Source: a virus
Taxonomy: Duplodnaviria > Caudoviricetes
Reading direction: 5' to 3' (one strand)
DNA: 45,005 nucleotides
IMG/VR virus record: IMGVR_UViG_3300011335_000151
Coordinates: 1-45,005 of that record
Position numbers and translations under genes: made by a program. Shown piece by piece: positions 1 through 9,393 of the stretch (positions within the stretch are counted from its first letter, which is position 1; the number at the start of each line of letters is the position of its first letter). The notes below the pieces were generated by a model that made no database searches, was not told the origin of the DNA, and saw nothing but the letters and a program-made list of their open reading frames with translations.

Positions 1-189
1 CCCGATGCCCTCGAAGCCCAGATCAAGGAGCGCATCAAGCGGTTACTGAACGCCGACATTATAGATGTAACCCCCACCGGCATGGACCTCGACGAGGAAT
101 TGGGCGTCTACACGCGCAACGTGACCCCACCCGTCGCAGATGACGAAGAAGCCGAAGAAGAGGGCGAAGAAGAGGGCGAAGAAGCCTAA
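1..189 (+). CDS. Partial CDS (C-terminus), probable terminase small subunit
   Basis: Frame 1 is open from the window edge (PDALEAQIKERIKRLL...DEEAEEEGEEEGEEA*). Its stop overlaps the TerL start (TAATG). Function inferred from position only. Confidence 0.5.
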   Translation, partial: PDALEAQIKERIKRLLNADIIDVTPTGMDLDEELGVYTRNVTPPVADDEEAEEEGEEEGEEA

Positions 190-1742
190 TGGCGCAGCGC
201 GGTCGGCCCAACATCAAGACAATCAACGAGATTAGCCTAGCTGATCTGCCTAAAATCCTGCCTATGTTACCTGTACACGAGCAGGAGAAGCTGCTGGCCG
301 AGTTGGAGAAGCTCCAAGAGCTTAAGACCAAGAAGCTGGCGCAGGACAAGTTCCTGAAGTTCGTGGAACAGGTTTGGCCGACATTCATAGGAGGTAGGCA
401 CCATGCGAAAATGGCTGATGCGTTCGAGCGTGTCGCAAGGGGCGAGTGCAAGCGGCTCATTATTAACATGCCGCCTCGTCACACAAAGTCCGAGTTCGCA
501 TCTTACCTCCTCCCCGCGTGGTTCTTGGGCAAGTATCCCCATAAGAAGATTATCCAATGCTCGCACACGGCAGAACTCGCTGTAGGCTTCGGTCGTAAGG
601 TACGTAACCTTGTAGATACGGACGCCTACCGTAACGTATTCCCCGACCTTGTTCTGGCCTCGGACTCCAAGGCGGCTGGCCGATGGAACACAAGTAAGGG
701 CGGGGATTACTTTGCTATCGGTATCGGTGGTGCCGTGACCGGTAAGGGTGCTGACGTGCTCATCATCGACGACCCGCACTCAGAGCAGGAAGCTGCTATC
801 GCGGAAGTTAACCCAGATATCTACGACAAAACGTACGAATGGTACACCTCAGGACCTCGTCAGCGTCTCCAGCCGGGCGGTGCCATTGTGGTCGTGATGA
901 CGCGGTGGTCGAAGCGCGACCTAACCGGGCAGATTCTCAAGGACGCAGCGGCCAACGACAGCATCGGTGAGTGGGAAGTTATTGAATTTCCAGCAATTCT
1001 TCCTTCGGAGAAGCCACTGTGGCCTGAGTTCTGGGAGCTAGACGAGCTTGAGAAGGTTAAGCGCGACGTCCCCAACAGCAAGTGGATGGCGCAGTACCAG
1101 CAGAACCCCATCTCCGAGTCGGCTGCTATCGTCAAACGTGAGTGGTGGCAGGAGTGGCCCAAGGAAACGCCACCTCAGTGCGACTTTATCCTCATGGCAT
1201 GGGATACGGCCTTCGAGAAAACGCAGCGTGCCGACTATTCAGCGTGCACGACATGGGGTGTATTTTACCATCCTGACGACACGGGCACTGAACAGGCCAA
1301 TATCATCCTCCTAAACGCCTTCCGAGACCGCATGGAGTTCCCACAGCTTAAACAAATGGCAGTCGAGGAGTATAAAGAGTGGGACCCGGACAGTGTGATA
1401 ATCGAGAAAAAGGCTTCCGGTGCACCTTTGATCTACGAGATGAGGGCGATGGGGATTCCGGTACAAGAGTTTACACCTACACGGGGGAACGACAAAATCT
1501 CCCGCTTGAACGCTGTGAGCGATCTGTTTGCCTCTGGACGGGTATGGGCACCTGCAACTCGGTGGGCCGAAGAAGTAATTGATGAAGTAGCTGAATTTCC
1601 CGCAGGTAGCCATGATGACTACGTCGATACGGTGTCTATGGCGATGCACAGGTTCCGTCGTGGGGGCTATGTGACTACTACGCTAGACGAACCGGACGAA
1701 ATCCAGTATTTCAGGTCAAACCGTAATCAGGGGTATTATTAA
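189..1742 (+). CDS. terL: Terminase large subunit
   Basis: Walker A-like INMPPRHTKS, Walker B LIIDDP, coupling motif MTRW, RNase H-like nuclease residues (AWDTA, HDDYVD); directly upstream of portal. Confidence 0.96.
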   Translation: MAQRGRPNIKTINEISLADLPKILPMLPVHEQEKLLAELEKLQELKTKKLAQDKFLKFVEQVWPTFIGGRHHAKMADAFERVARGECKRLIINMPPRHTKSEFASYLLPAWFLGKYPHKKIIQCSHTAELAVGFGRKVRNLVDTDAYRNVFPDLVLASDSKAAGRWNTSKGGDYFAIGIGGAVTGKGADVLIIDDPHSEQEAAIAEVNPDIYDKTYEWYTSGPRQRLQPGGAIVVVMTRWSKRDLTGQILKDAAANDSIGEWEVIEFPAILPSEKPLWPEFWELDELEKVKRDVPNSKWMAQYQQNPISESAAIVKREWWQEWPKETPPQCDFILMAWDTAFEKTQRADYSACTTWGVFYHPDDTGTEQANIILLNAFRDRMEFPQLKQMAVEEYKEWDPDSVIIEKKASGAPLIYEMRAMGIPVQEFTPTRGNDKISRLNAVSDLFASGRVWAPATRWAEEVIDEVAEFPAGSHDDYVDTVSMAMHRFRRGGYVTTTLDEPDEIQYFRSNRNQGYY

Positions 1743-4225
1743 TGGACATCGACAAGGCCCTCAACCAAGCACCGCTTGGCCTTTCACCCGAAGATATGAT
1801 GGGCCGCGAGCCTGACATTGAGATTGAGATTGAAGACCCGGAGGAAGTAACGATCCGTACCGGCGATATGGAGATCGAGATCGACCCCGATGCGGAGGAA
1901 GACGACGGCTTTAATGACAACTTGGCCGAAACCCTTGATGAAGGCCAGCTTACGCAGCTTGCGGGCGACCTGTTGGGTGAGTTTGAGGAAGATTTGTCGA
2001 GCCGCAAGGACTGGATTCAGACTTATGTAGACGGGCTTGAGCTTCTGGGGATGAAGGTTGAGGACCGGACTGAGCCTTGGCCCGGTGCATGCGGTGTATA
2101 CCACCCGCTGCTGAGCGAAGCGCTCGTCAAGTTCCAAGCTGAGACCATGATGGAGACGTTTCCGGCAGCAGGACCGGTGCGTACGGAGATTGTAGGCAAG
2201 GAAACGCCTGAGAAGCGCGATGCCGCTACGCGTGTCCAAGCCGATATGAATTACCAGTTGACCGATGTGATGGTCGAGTATCGCCCTGAACATGAGCGCA
2301 TGCTGTGGGGGTTGGGCCTCGCAGGAAACGCGTTCAAGAAGGTGTACTACGACCCATCACTCGGTCGTCAGGCGTCGATGTATATCCCGGCAGAAGATGT
2401 CGTGGTTCCTTATGGCGCGTCCAGCTTGGAAGTCGCTGGGCGTGTCACCCATGTGATGCGGAAGACCCCGAACGAGCTTAAAAAGCTCCAAGCGTCGGGC
2501 TTTTACCGTGATATAGACCTGCCTGAGCCGACTGATACGCTCGATGACATCGAGAAGGCTATCGCTGAGAAGATGGGCTTCCGAGCTTCGTCTGACGACC
2601 GGTACAAGCTGCTCGAAATGCACGTCGATTTGGTCCTGCCAGATGACGAATTTGCCGTAGACGAGGCTGAAGCTGAGATTGCCGTCCCTTATGTCGTGAC
2701 CATGGACAAGGCGACCGAGACGATTCTGTCCATTCGTCGTAACTGGGACCCTGAGGATGACCTTAAAAAGAAACGCAACCACTTCGTACATTATGGATAC
2801 GTTCCGGGCTTTGGCTTCTACGCTTTTGGCCTTATTCACCTTGTCGGTGCTTTTGCTAAGTCTGGTACCAGCCTTATTCGGCAGCTTGTTGATGCTGGTA
2901 CTCTATCTAACCTCCCGGGTGGCTTCAAAACTAAGGGTCTGAGGGTCAAGGGTGACGACACGCCGATTGCGCCTGCTGAATGGCGCGATGTGGACGTGGC
3001 CAGCGGTACGATGCGTGATAATATCATGCCGTTGCCCTATAAGGAGCCGAGCCAAGTCCTGTACTCGCTTCTGGGTACCATCGTAGAAGAAGGCCGTCGC
3101 TTTGCCGGGGCTGCTGATATGAAGATCAGCGACATGTCTGGGCAGGCACCTGTCGGTACCACGCTGGCAATTCTTGAGCGCACGCTCAAGTCCATGTCTG
3201 CTATCCAAGCGCGCATCCACTATTCGATGAAGCGGGAGTTCCAGCTTCTTAAGGGTATCATCCGGGATTACACACCCGACACTTACGACTACGAGCCGGT
3301 CGAAGGTAGCCGCATGGCTAAGCAGTCTGACTATGACTTGGTCACGGTCATTCCTGTTAGCGACCCCAACGCTGCGACAATGGCGCAGAAGATCGTCCAG
3401 TATCAGGCGGTCCTCCAGTTGGCGCAGGGTGCGCCGCAGCTTTATGACATGCCCTTCTTACACCGTCAGATGCTCGAAGTGCTTGGCATCCAGAACGCCG
3501 AGAAGCTCGTACCGCTCAAGGATGGTGACGAGATGAAGCCGCGTGACCCTGTGTCTGAGAACATGGACATCATCAACGGTAAGCCGGTCAAGGCGTTCAT
3601 CTACCAAGACCATGAAGCCCATATTCAGGTGCACATGAACGCGATGCAAGACCCCAAGGTTGCGCAGCTTATGGGCCAGAACCCCAACGCGCAGGCTATG
3701 CAGGCTGCCATGCAGGCTCATATAGCAGAACACTTGGCCTTCGAGTATCGTCGTCAGGTCGAAGAGCAGGCCGGTGTGCCGATGCCTCCGCCAAATGCTG
3801 AGATGGACGAGAACACCGAGCTTGCAATCTCTCGTCTGGCTGCCGCTGCCTCGTCGCAGTTGCTTCAGAAGAACCAAGCCGAAGCTCAACAGCAGCAGAA
3901 CCAGCAGATGCAGCAGGACCCAATCGTCCAGATGCAGATGGCTGAGCTTGAGATTAAGAAGGGCGAACTCGAACTCAAGAAGCAGAAGCTACAGATTGAT
4001 GCGGCTGAGAAAAACGACCGCCTCGAACTTGAGCAGAAGCGCATCGAGTCGCAAGAAGAAATCGCTGGCCTCCAAGTTGGGGCCAAGATGGCAACGGATA
4101 AGGCTAACCTGTCCGCCAAGGAGCAGATGGAAGGACTTCGTGTCGGCGTGGAAGTCGCCCGCGAACAGTTCCGTGACGCAAAAACCCCTGTTTCCCCAAC
4201 CCAGCAACCGAAGGAACTTGAATGA
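1742..4225 (+). CDS. Portal protein with Gln-rich C-terminal coiled coil
   Basis: 827 aa after TerL; GNAFKKVYYD and FYAFGL motifs typical of podovirus portals; long helical Q-rich tail. Confidence 0.88.
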   Translation: MDIDKALNQAPLGLSPEDMMGREPDIEIEIEDPEEVTIRTGDMEIEIDPDAEEDDGFNDNLAETLDEGQLTQLAGDLLGEFEEDLSSRKDWIQTYVDGLELLGMKVEDRTEPWPGACGVYHPLLSEALVKFQAETMMETFPAAGPVRTEIVGKETPEKRDAATRVQADMNYQLTDVMVEYRPEHERMLWGLGLAGNAFKKVYYDPSLGRQASMYIPAEDVVVPYGASSLEVAGRVTHVMRKTPNELKKLQASGFYRDIDLPEPTDTLDDIEKAIAEKMGFRASSDDRYKLLEMHVDLVLPDDEFAVDEAEAEIAVPYVVTMDKATETILSIRRNWDPEDDLKKKRNHFVHYGYVPGFGFYAFGLIHLVGAFAKSGTSLIRQLVDAGTLSNLPGGFKTKGLRVKGDDTPIAPAEWRDVDVASGTMRDNIMPLPYKEPSQVLYSLLGTIVEEGRRFAGAADMKISDMSGQAPVGTTLAILERTLKSMSAIQARIHYSMKREFQLLKGIIRDYTPDTYDYEPVEGSRMAKQSDYDLVTVIPVSDPNAATMAQKIVQYQAVLQLAQGAPQLYDMPFLHRQMLEVLGIQNAEKLVPLKDGDEMKPRDPVSENMDIINGKPVKAFIYQDHEAHIQVHMNAMQDPKVAQLMGQNPNAQAMQAAMQAHIAEHLAFEYRRQVEEQAGVPMPPPNAEMDENTELAISRLAAAASSQLLQKNQAEAQQQQNQQMQQDPIVQMQMAELEIKKGELELKKQKLQIDAAEKNDRLELEQKRIESQEEIAGLQVGAKMATDKANLSAKEQMEGLRVGVEVAREQFRDAKTPVSPTQQPKELE

Positions 4226-4416
4226 GAAACGATGTTCTAAAACACATCGCTGATAAAATCCAAGAAGAGATCACGGTCATGAGCGACGACCTCGCTCGTG
4301 GCGGTGCTAAGGATCACGGCGATTACAAATATGCCTGCGGTATCATCCGTGGGTTGATGATGGCAACCAGCGTCCTTGCGGACACTGCACAGCGCTTGGA
4401 GAACGACGATGACTGA
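4222..4416 (+). CDS. Small hypothetical protein
   Basis: ATGA overlap with portal; DYKYACGIIRGL motif resembles small proteins found between portal and GroES in related phages. Confidence 0.8.
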   Translation: MRNDVLKHIADKIQEEITVMSDDLARGGAKDHGDYKYACGIIRGLMMATSVLADTAQRLENDDD

Positions 4417-4819
4417 TCTCGTTGACCTGTCCGGACGTCCCATCCCCAAGGTGGGTGCAGCCCCTGAGCTTGCCTTTGAAGACCGCGCTAAGCAGCTTCC
4501 TGAGCCTTCTGGTTATCGCATCCTGTGCGCTATCCCTGAGATTGAGAAGACGACTGAGGGCGGCATCATCAAAGCCGACGTCACCATCCACCACGAAGAA
4601 ATGCTCGCCACAGTGCTCTATGCCGCAAAGCTCGGTCCGGACTGCTATGCTGACGAGAAACGCTTCCCAAGCGGTCCTTGGTGCAAGGAAGGTGACTTCA
4701 TTCTCGTGCGTCCGCATGCGGGCACGCGCATCGTAATTCATGGCCGTCAATTCCGTATTATCAATGATGATGCGGTTGAAGGCGTCGTGGAAGACCCTCG
4801 CGGGATTTCTCGCGGGTAA
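4409..4819 (+). CDS. groES: Co-chaperonin GroES (cpn10)-like protein
   Basis: P-x-GYRIL, mobile loop EKTTEGGII, KLGPDCY, KEGDFIL, FRIINDDAVEGVV match the cpn10 pattern; ATG 4409 preferred to TTG 4376. Confidence 0.9.
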   Translation: MTDLVDLSGRPIPKVGAAPELAFEDRAKQLPEPSGYRILCAIPEIEKTTEGGIIKADVTIHHEEMLATVLYAAKLGPDCYADEKRFPSGPWCKEGDFILVRPHAGTRIVIHGRQFRIINDDAVEGVVEDPRGISRG

Positions 4820-4849
4820 AAACGGGTAACCGTACAAAGGAGAAGTAAT

Positions 4850-5803
4850 ATGGCATCAGAGCCAAATGAAGACGATTTCCAGTGGGAAGTCGAAGAAGAT
4901 ACCCCTGTTTCCGACGAAGGCAACGAGCCTGATATTGATGTAGAAGACGATACCCCCGAGGCAGACCGTGGGCGCGAGCCTATGCCGAAGGAAGTCGTTG
5001 ACGAGCTTGAGGCTGACGAACTCGAAGAATACTCCGAGAAAGTCAAAATCCGCCTTAAGCAGATGAAGAAGGTCTGGCACGACGAGCGCCGTGAGAAAGA
5101 ACGGCTCCAGCGTGAACAGAACGAAGCTTTGAGCGCTGCTCAGCGGCTTCTTGAAGAGAACCGCAAGCTGAAGTCCACCCTATCTGAGGGTGAACAGACG
5201 TTGGTTGGTAGCTTCAAGCAGAACGCTGAGTTCGAAGTGGAGAAGGCCCGGCGTGAGTATCGTGACGCGATTGAGGCTGGTGACACAGACCGCCAGTTGG
5301 ACGCCCACGAGAAGCTGACCTCGGCCCAGTATAAGCTTCAACAGCTTGCGGGCTATCGTCCTACTTTACAAGACGTAGAGGAAGATGTACAACCCAACCA
5401 ACCGCAGGTGCAAATCCCGCGACCAGACCAGAAAACTGTTGCGTGGCAAGAGCGCAATACGTGGTGGGGTACTGATCCGGAGATGACTGCATCGGCACTT
5501 GGGCTTCATCAGAAGCTTGAGAAAGAACGTGGTCCGCAGTTTGTGGGCACCGACGAATATTGGGGCGCTATCGACACAACGATGCGTCGTCGTTTTCCGG
5601 AATATTTCGGAGACGAGTCCAAAGCGACCGAAGGCACTGCGAAGGCTCAACGCGCCTCGAAACCTGCCAATGTAGTCGCGCCAGCTTCCCGAAGTACGTC
5701 CTCCAAAAAGATTGTACTAAAACAGTCTCAGCTAGCGATAGCTAAGAAACTGGGCTTAACCCCCGAGCAATATGCTCGTGAATTTGCGAAGATGGAGCGT
5801 TAA
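4850..5803 (+). CDS. Capsid scaffolding protein (putative)
   Basis: AAAGGAG RBS; acidic N-terminus, coiled coil, C-terminal IAKKLGLTPEQYA helix; lies between portal and capsid genes. Confidence 0.7.
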   Translation: MASEPNEDDFQWEVEEDTPVSDEGNEPDIDVEDDTPEADRGREPMPKEVVDELEADELEEYSEKVKIRLKQMKKVWHDERREKERLQREQNEALSAAQRLLEENRKLKSTLSEGEQTLVGSFKQNAEFEVEKARREYRDAIEAGDTDRQLDAHEKLTSAQYKLQQLAGYRPTLQDVEEDVQPNQPQVQIPRPDQKTVAWQERNTWWGTDPEMTASALGLHQKLEKERGPQFVGTDEYWGAIDTTMRRRFPEYFGDESKATEGTAKAQRASKPANVVAPASRSTSSKKIVLKQSQLAIAKKLGLTPEQYAREFAKMER

Positions 5804-5804
5804 A

Positions 5805-6254
5805 ATGGCAGAAGTAAGAACAGCACGTGAGCACGAAGATCGTACAAGCACGAAACGACCTGAGTCGTGGGCACCAGCAGCAGGGCTTCCTGAGCCTGAT
5901 AAGCAGCCCGGGTACTCATATAAGTGGATTCGTACTTCAACGATGGAGCAGTCAGACGCCAAAAACGTCTCAGCCAAGTTCCGCGAGGGATGGGAACCGG
6001 TACGGATTGAAGAGCAGCCCAAGCTCGCCTTTCTAGCCGATCCTAATAGCCGCTTTAAGGACAGCATTGAAATGGGCGGGTTGTTGCTTTGCAAAATCCC
6101 GACTGAGTTTATGGTTCAACGGAAGCGTTATTTCGCTGACAAGAACCGCGCTCAGATCGAGTCTGTAGACAATAACTTCATGCGTGAGAACGACGCTCGT
6201 ATGCCTCTCTTCCGTGAGAAGAAGTCATCGACGTCATTTGGTAAAGGCAAATAA
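5805..6254 (+). CDS. Conserved head-module hypothetical protein
   Basis: YKWIR...REGWEPV...GGLLLCKIP motif; start 5805 immediately follows the scaffold stop. Confidence 0.75.
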   Translation: MAEVRTAREHEDRTSTKRPESWAPAAGLPEPDKQPGYSYKWIRTSTMEQSDAKNVSAKFREGWEPVRIEEQPKLAFLADPNSRFKDSIEMGGLLLCKIPTEFMVQRKRYFADKNRAQIESVDNNFMRENDARMPLFREKKSSTSFGKGK

Positions 6255-6271
6255 GCTAGGAGCTTAGAAAC

Positions 6272-6874
6272 ATGGCATATCCTTCTGTTTCAGCCCCCTA
6301 CGGGCTGATCCCGATCAATTTGATCGGTGGGCAGGTTTTTGCAGGTGCTACGCGTCAAATTCCTATTGCGACCAACTCTTCGACAGCCATTTATTATGGT
6401 GACGTTGTGAAGCTGGCCGACACGGGTACTTTGGCAAAGGACACCGGCACAACTGCCGCCACGCCAGTCGGCGTGTTCCTTGGTTGCTCGTACACCGATC
6501 CGGTGTTCGGGAAGACCTTCCGTCAGTACTACCCCGGTACGACGAACATCACCGACGTTGTTGCATACGTGCAAGACGATCCGGATGCTCTGTTCAAGTG
6601 TGCCGTCGTTAATGGTCAGAGCACCACGATCAGCTACGTGAACCGCACTTCGGTCGGTAACAACGCTGTCTTGGCTCAGAACACAGGTTCGACCATCACT
6701 GGCAACTCGCAGGTGGCAATCACTTCCGCGACTAACACCACTTCCACGTGGCCAATTCGCGTTATTGATGTTGTTCCCGAAACTGCTTTGGCAGGTAACC
6801 CCGGTTCTTACACCGAAGTTATCGTCAAGTGGAATCAGGGGATGCACCAGTATCTCAACCCAACTGGCGTGTAA
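6272..6874 (+). CDS. Putative capsid decoration/cement protein
   Basis: AGGAG RBS; APYGLIP, IYYGDVV, GVFLGCSY, DDPD motifs; beta-rich; directly upstream of the capsid gene. Confidence 0.6.
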   Translation: MAYPSVSAPYGLIPINLIGGQVFAGATRQIPIATNSSTAIYYGDVVKLADTGTLAKDTGTTAATPVGVFLGCSYTDPVFGKTFRQYYPGTTNITDVVAYVQDDPDALFKCAVVNGQSTTISYVNRTSVGNNAVLAQNTGSTITGNSQVAITSATNTTSTWPIRVIDVVPETALAGNPGSYTEVIVKWNQGMHQYLNPTGV

Positions 6875-6886
6875 GGAGACTGACTA

Positions 6887-7798
6887 ATGGCAATTTCACG
6901 CGCACAACTCCTTAAGGAGCTATTGCCCGGTCTGAACGCTTTGTTTGGTCTGGAATACGCACGCTACGGCGAAGAGCACAAAGAGATTTTCGAAACCGAA
7001 AGCTCTGAGCGTTCGTTCGAAGAAGAAACGAAGCTGTCGGGTTTCTCCGCTGCTCCGGTCAAGAACGAAGGTTCTGCTATCGCCTATGACAACGCGCAGG
7101 AAGTCTTCACTGCTCGCTACAACCACGAAACGATTGCCCTCGGGTTCTCGCTCACGGAAGAAGCGATTGAAGATAACTTGTACGACTCTTTGTCGTCGCG
7201 TTACACAAAGGCTTTGGCTCGTGCCATGGCGTACACCAAGCAGACTAAGGCTGCTGCAATCCTGAACAATGGCTTCGACACCGACTATGCCGGTGGCGAC
7301 GGTCAACCACTGTTCTCGGCTTCGCACCCGCTCGTCTCTGGTGGCACCAACTCGAACATCCCAACCACACCTGCTGATTTGAATGAAACGTCGCTTGAAG
7401 CGGCTGTCATTCAGATTGCTGCGTGGACGGATGAACGTGGCCTGCTCATCGCGGCTAAACCGCGTAAGCTGGTAGTTCCGCCAAGCCTGATGTTCGTTGC
7501 AACACGCCTCCTCGAAACCGAACTTCGCGTTTCGACGGCTGACAACGACATCAACGCGATTAAGTCGAATGGCTCGATCCCAGAAGGTTACACCGTTAAC
7601 CACTTCTTGACCGACACGGATGCGTGGTTCCTGACCACCGACGTGCCAAATGGCCTGAAGCACTTCGTTCGTACGCCCATGCAGAACAGCATGGACGGTG
7701 ACTTTGATACGGGCAACGTCCGTTACAAGGCCCGCGAGCGTTATAGCTTCGGCTGGTCCGATCCACTCGGCATGTACGGTTCCGAAGGCGCTGCCTAA
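6887..7798 (+). CDS. Major capsid protein (Mu gpT-like HK97 fold)
   Basis: AAGGAG RBS; MAISRAQLLKELLPGLNALFG start, DGQPLFSASHP, KLVVPP, YKARERYSFGWSD; biased codon use; followed by a terminator. Confidence 0.9.
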   Translation: MAISRAQLLKELLPGLNALFGLEYARYGEEHKEIFETESSERSFEEETKLSGFSAAPVKNEGSAIAYDNAQEVFTARYNHETIALGFSLTEEAIEDNLYDSLSSRYTKALARAMAYTKQTKAAAILNNGFDTDYAGGDGQPLFSASHPLVSGGTNSNIPTTPADLNETSLEAAVIQIAAWTDERGLLIAAKPRKLVVPPSLMFVATRLLETELRVSTADNDINAIKSNGSIPEGYTVNHFLTDTDAWFLTTDVPNGLKHFVRTPMQNSMDGDFDTGNVRYKARERYSFGWSDPLGMYGSEGAA

Positions 7799-7809
7799 GG
7801 AAACAGGGG

Positions 7810-7846
7810 GAGGGGAAGTGGGAAACTACTTCCCCTCTTTTCTTTT
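7810..7846 (+). terminator. Rho-independent terminator after capsid gene
   Basis: 10-bp stem GAGGGGAAGT/ACTTCCCCTC followed by TTTTCTTTT. Confidence 0.88.
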
Positions 7847-7865
7847 AGGTGTTATACCTACGCAT

Positions 7866-7932
7866 CTAGGTGATTAATTCGTACCGACTGCCCTAGCAGA
7901 CATAGTAGAGACGGTGCGAACAAGTGCTACTA
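7866..7932 (+). ncRNA. Structured RNA with two potential pseudoknots, candidate Mu-gpT-DE motif
   Basis: Stem TTCGTACCG 7878-7886 / CGGTGCGAA 7912-7920; inner hairpin CTG-CCCTAG-CAG; loop CCTAG complements CTAGG 7866-7870; TAGTAG 7903-7908 complements CTACTA 7927-7932; located downstream of a gpT-like capsid gene. Confidence 0.65.
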
Positions 7933-7946
7933 CACGGAGATTTATA

Positions 7947-8315
7947 ATGGCTAACACAACTTTCAATGGTCCAGTCCGTTCTGAAAACGGCTTCCAGACC
8001 ATCTCGGTTAACGCTTTGACCGGCACTGTAACCGTTGACGCCACTTTTGGCGCAGCTACCCAAGTAACTAGCTTGGCCGCTACCGGCAACATCACTGCTG
8101 ACAGCGCTTCTGCACTCGTCGCTGGTGGTGCCTCTGCGTTCATCGCAACCAACACTGCTGCTGGTATGGGTATCTATGTCGGTTCTGGCGCTCCAACCGT
8201 GGCTGCTGCCAAGGGTTCGCTCTACCTGCGCAGCGATGGTTCGGGTACCGGCGACCGTGCGTATATCAATACGAATGGCTCGACCACGTGGACCGCACTG
8301 ACGACCGCAGCTTAA
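7947..8315 (+). CDS. Putative minor virion protein
   Basis: GGAG RBS; MANTTFNGPVRSENGF start; C-terminal GSGAP...GSLYLRSDG...YIN...W module typical of fibre/decoration proteins. Confidence 0.7.
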   Translation: MANTTFNGPVRSENGFQTISVNALTGTVTVDATFGAATQVTSLAATGNITADSASALVAGGASAFIATNTAAGMGIYVGSGAPTVAAAKGSLYLRSDGSGTGDRAYINTNGSTTWTALTTAA

Positions 8316-8343
8316 TCGGTAACCTCTAAAAAGGAGAAATCCG

Positions 8344-8652
8344 ATGGCAATGCAAACTGACGTCAAATCCACCAAGCCGCTTGCGGCAACCGGTGTGTTC
8401 AAGACCCAAACCAATGCTGATTGCACGTTCCGTACCCGTATCAAGGGCGTCTACGCCGTATGCGGTACTTCGGCAGGTTCTGTCGTCATTACAGACGGCG
8501 ACGGTGGGAGCACGCTCCTAACGGTTGATACCCCGACGGTAGCGAACGCTGGTTCGGTCTATTTCCTTGTGCCGGATCAGGGCATCCTTGCAGAAAACGG
8601 TTTATACGCTACTGTGACTAACACGGCGTCAACCGTCATTTTCTATGGGTGA
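8344..8652 (+). CDS. Hypothetical virion-associated protein
   Basis: AAAGGAG RBS; beta-rich 102 aa ending TVIFYG. Confidence 0.75.
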   Translation: MAMQTDVKSTKPLAATGVFKTQTNADCTFRTRIKGVYAVCGTSAGSVVITDGDGGSTLLTVDTPTVANAGSVYFLVPDQGILAENGLYATVTNTASTVIFYG

Positions 8653-8655
8653 TAT

Positions 8656-9393
8656 ATGCAAGCACAAAAAGGTTACGATTTAGCAGGTAAGAGCATCTTC
8701 ATTGCTCTGCCTGCCTACGACTTCAAGGTCTCCTTGAAGCTGGCGATTTCGCTGGCTCGGTTCACTCAGGTGGCTGGCCAGCATGGCATTGCGGTACAGA
8801 TTGGCAGCATCTGCGGATGTTCTGTCGTCTCCCGCGCTCGTAACCTGCTTGTTCAAGACATGCTGGAATCCACCTGCGACTATCTGCTCTTCATCGACAG
8901 CGACATCAACTTTGAGCCGGAACACATCTTCCGTCTTATGGCTTGGGGTACTGACCCGAAGAAGGGCATCGTCGCAGGTGTTCCACGCACACGTAGCGAA
9001 AACAAGGTCTACATCGCTGACCTTGACTACGACGAGAACCACGAACTGACCATGAACGGCATGGGTCTGGTACGTGGTAAGCGCGTTGCGACCGCCTTTA
9101 TGCTGGTTCGCCGCGAAGTATTCGAGCAGATGGCTGCTGCTAACCCCGAGTGGGTCTATAAGGATCAGCGCTCAGACCGCATGATCCCCTGCCTCTTTGA
9201 TTTCAAACTCACCGAAGAGGGCTACATGGGCGAGGACTTCTTGTTCTGCGACCGTGCCCGCGAAATCGGTTTCGAGGTTTGGATCGACCCCAGTATTCAA
9301 CTTGGTCACATGGGCGTACAGGAATATGAAGGCTGCTTCGGCACCGACGTACTCTATCCAATGCTCGCCCCAACACAGAAGGAAGCAGCATAA
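8656..9393 (+). CDS. GT-A fold (family 2-like) glycosyltransferase
   Basis: IALPAY, SRARN, LLFIDSD (DxD), TAFMLVRR, GEDFLFC, LGHMG motifs. Confidence 0.85.
   Translation: MQAQKGYDLAGKSIFIALPAYDFKVSLKLAISLARFTQVAGQHGIAVQIGSICGCSVVSRARNLLVQDMLESTCDYLLFIDSDINFEPEHIFRLMAWGTDPKKGIVAGVPRTRSENKVYIADLDYDENHELTMNGMGLVRGKRVATAFMLVRREVFEQMAAANPEWVYKDQRSDRMIPCLFDFKLTEEGYMGEDFLFCDRAREIGFEVWIDPSIQLGHMGVQEYEGCFGTDVLYPMLAPTQKEAA

Noticed and set aside
142-186. GAAGAAGAGGGC tandem repeat
   Set aside because: Simply encodes an acidic EEEG tail.
6920-7663. Long antisense ORFs opposite capsid and other genes
   Set aside because: Expected from codon bias of the sense genes; no RBS or recognisable motifs.
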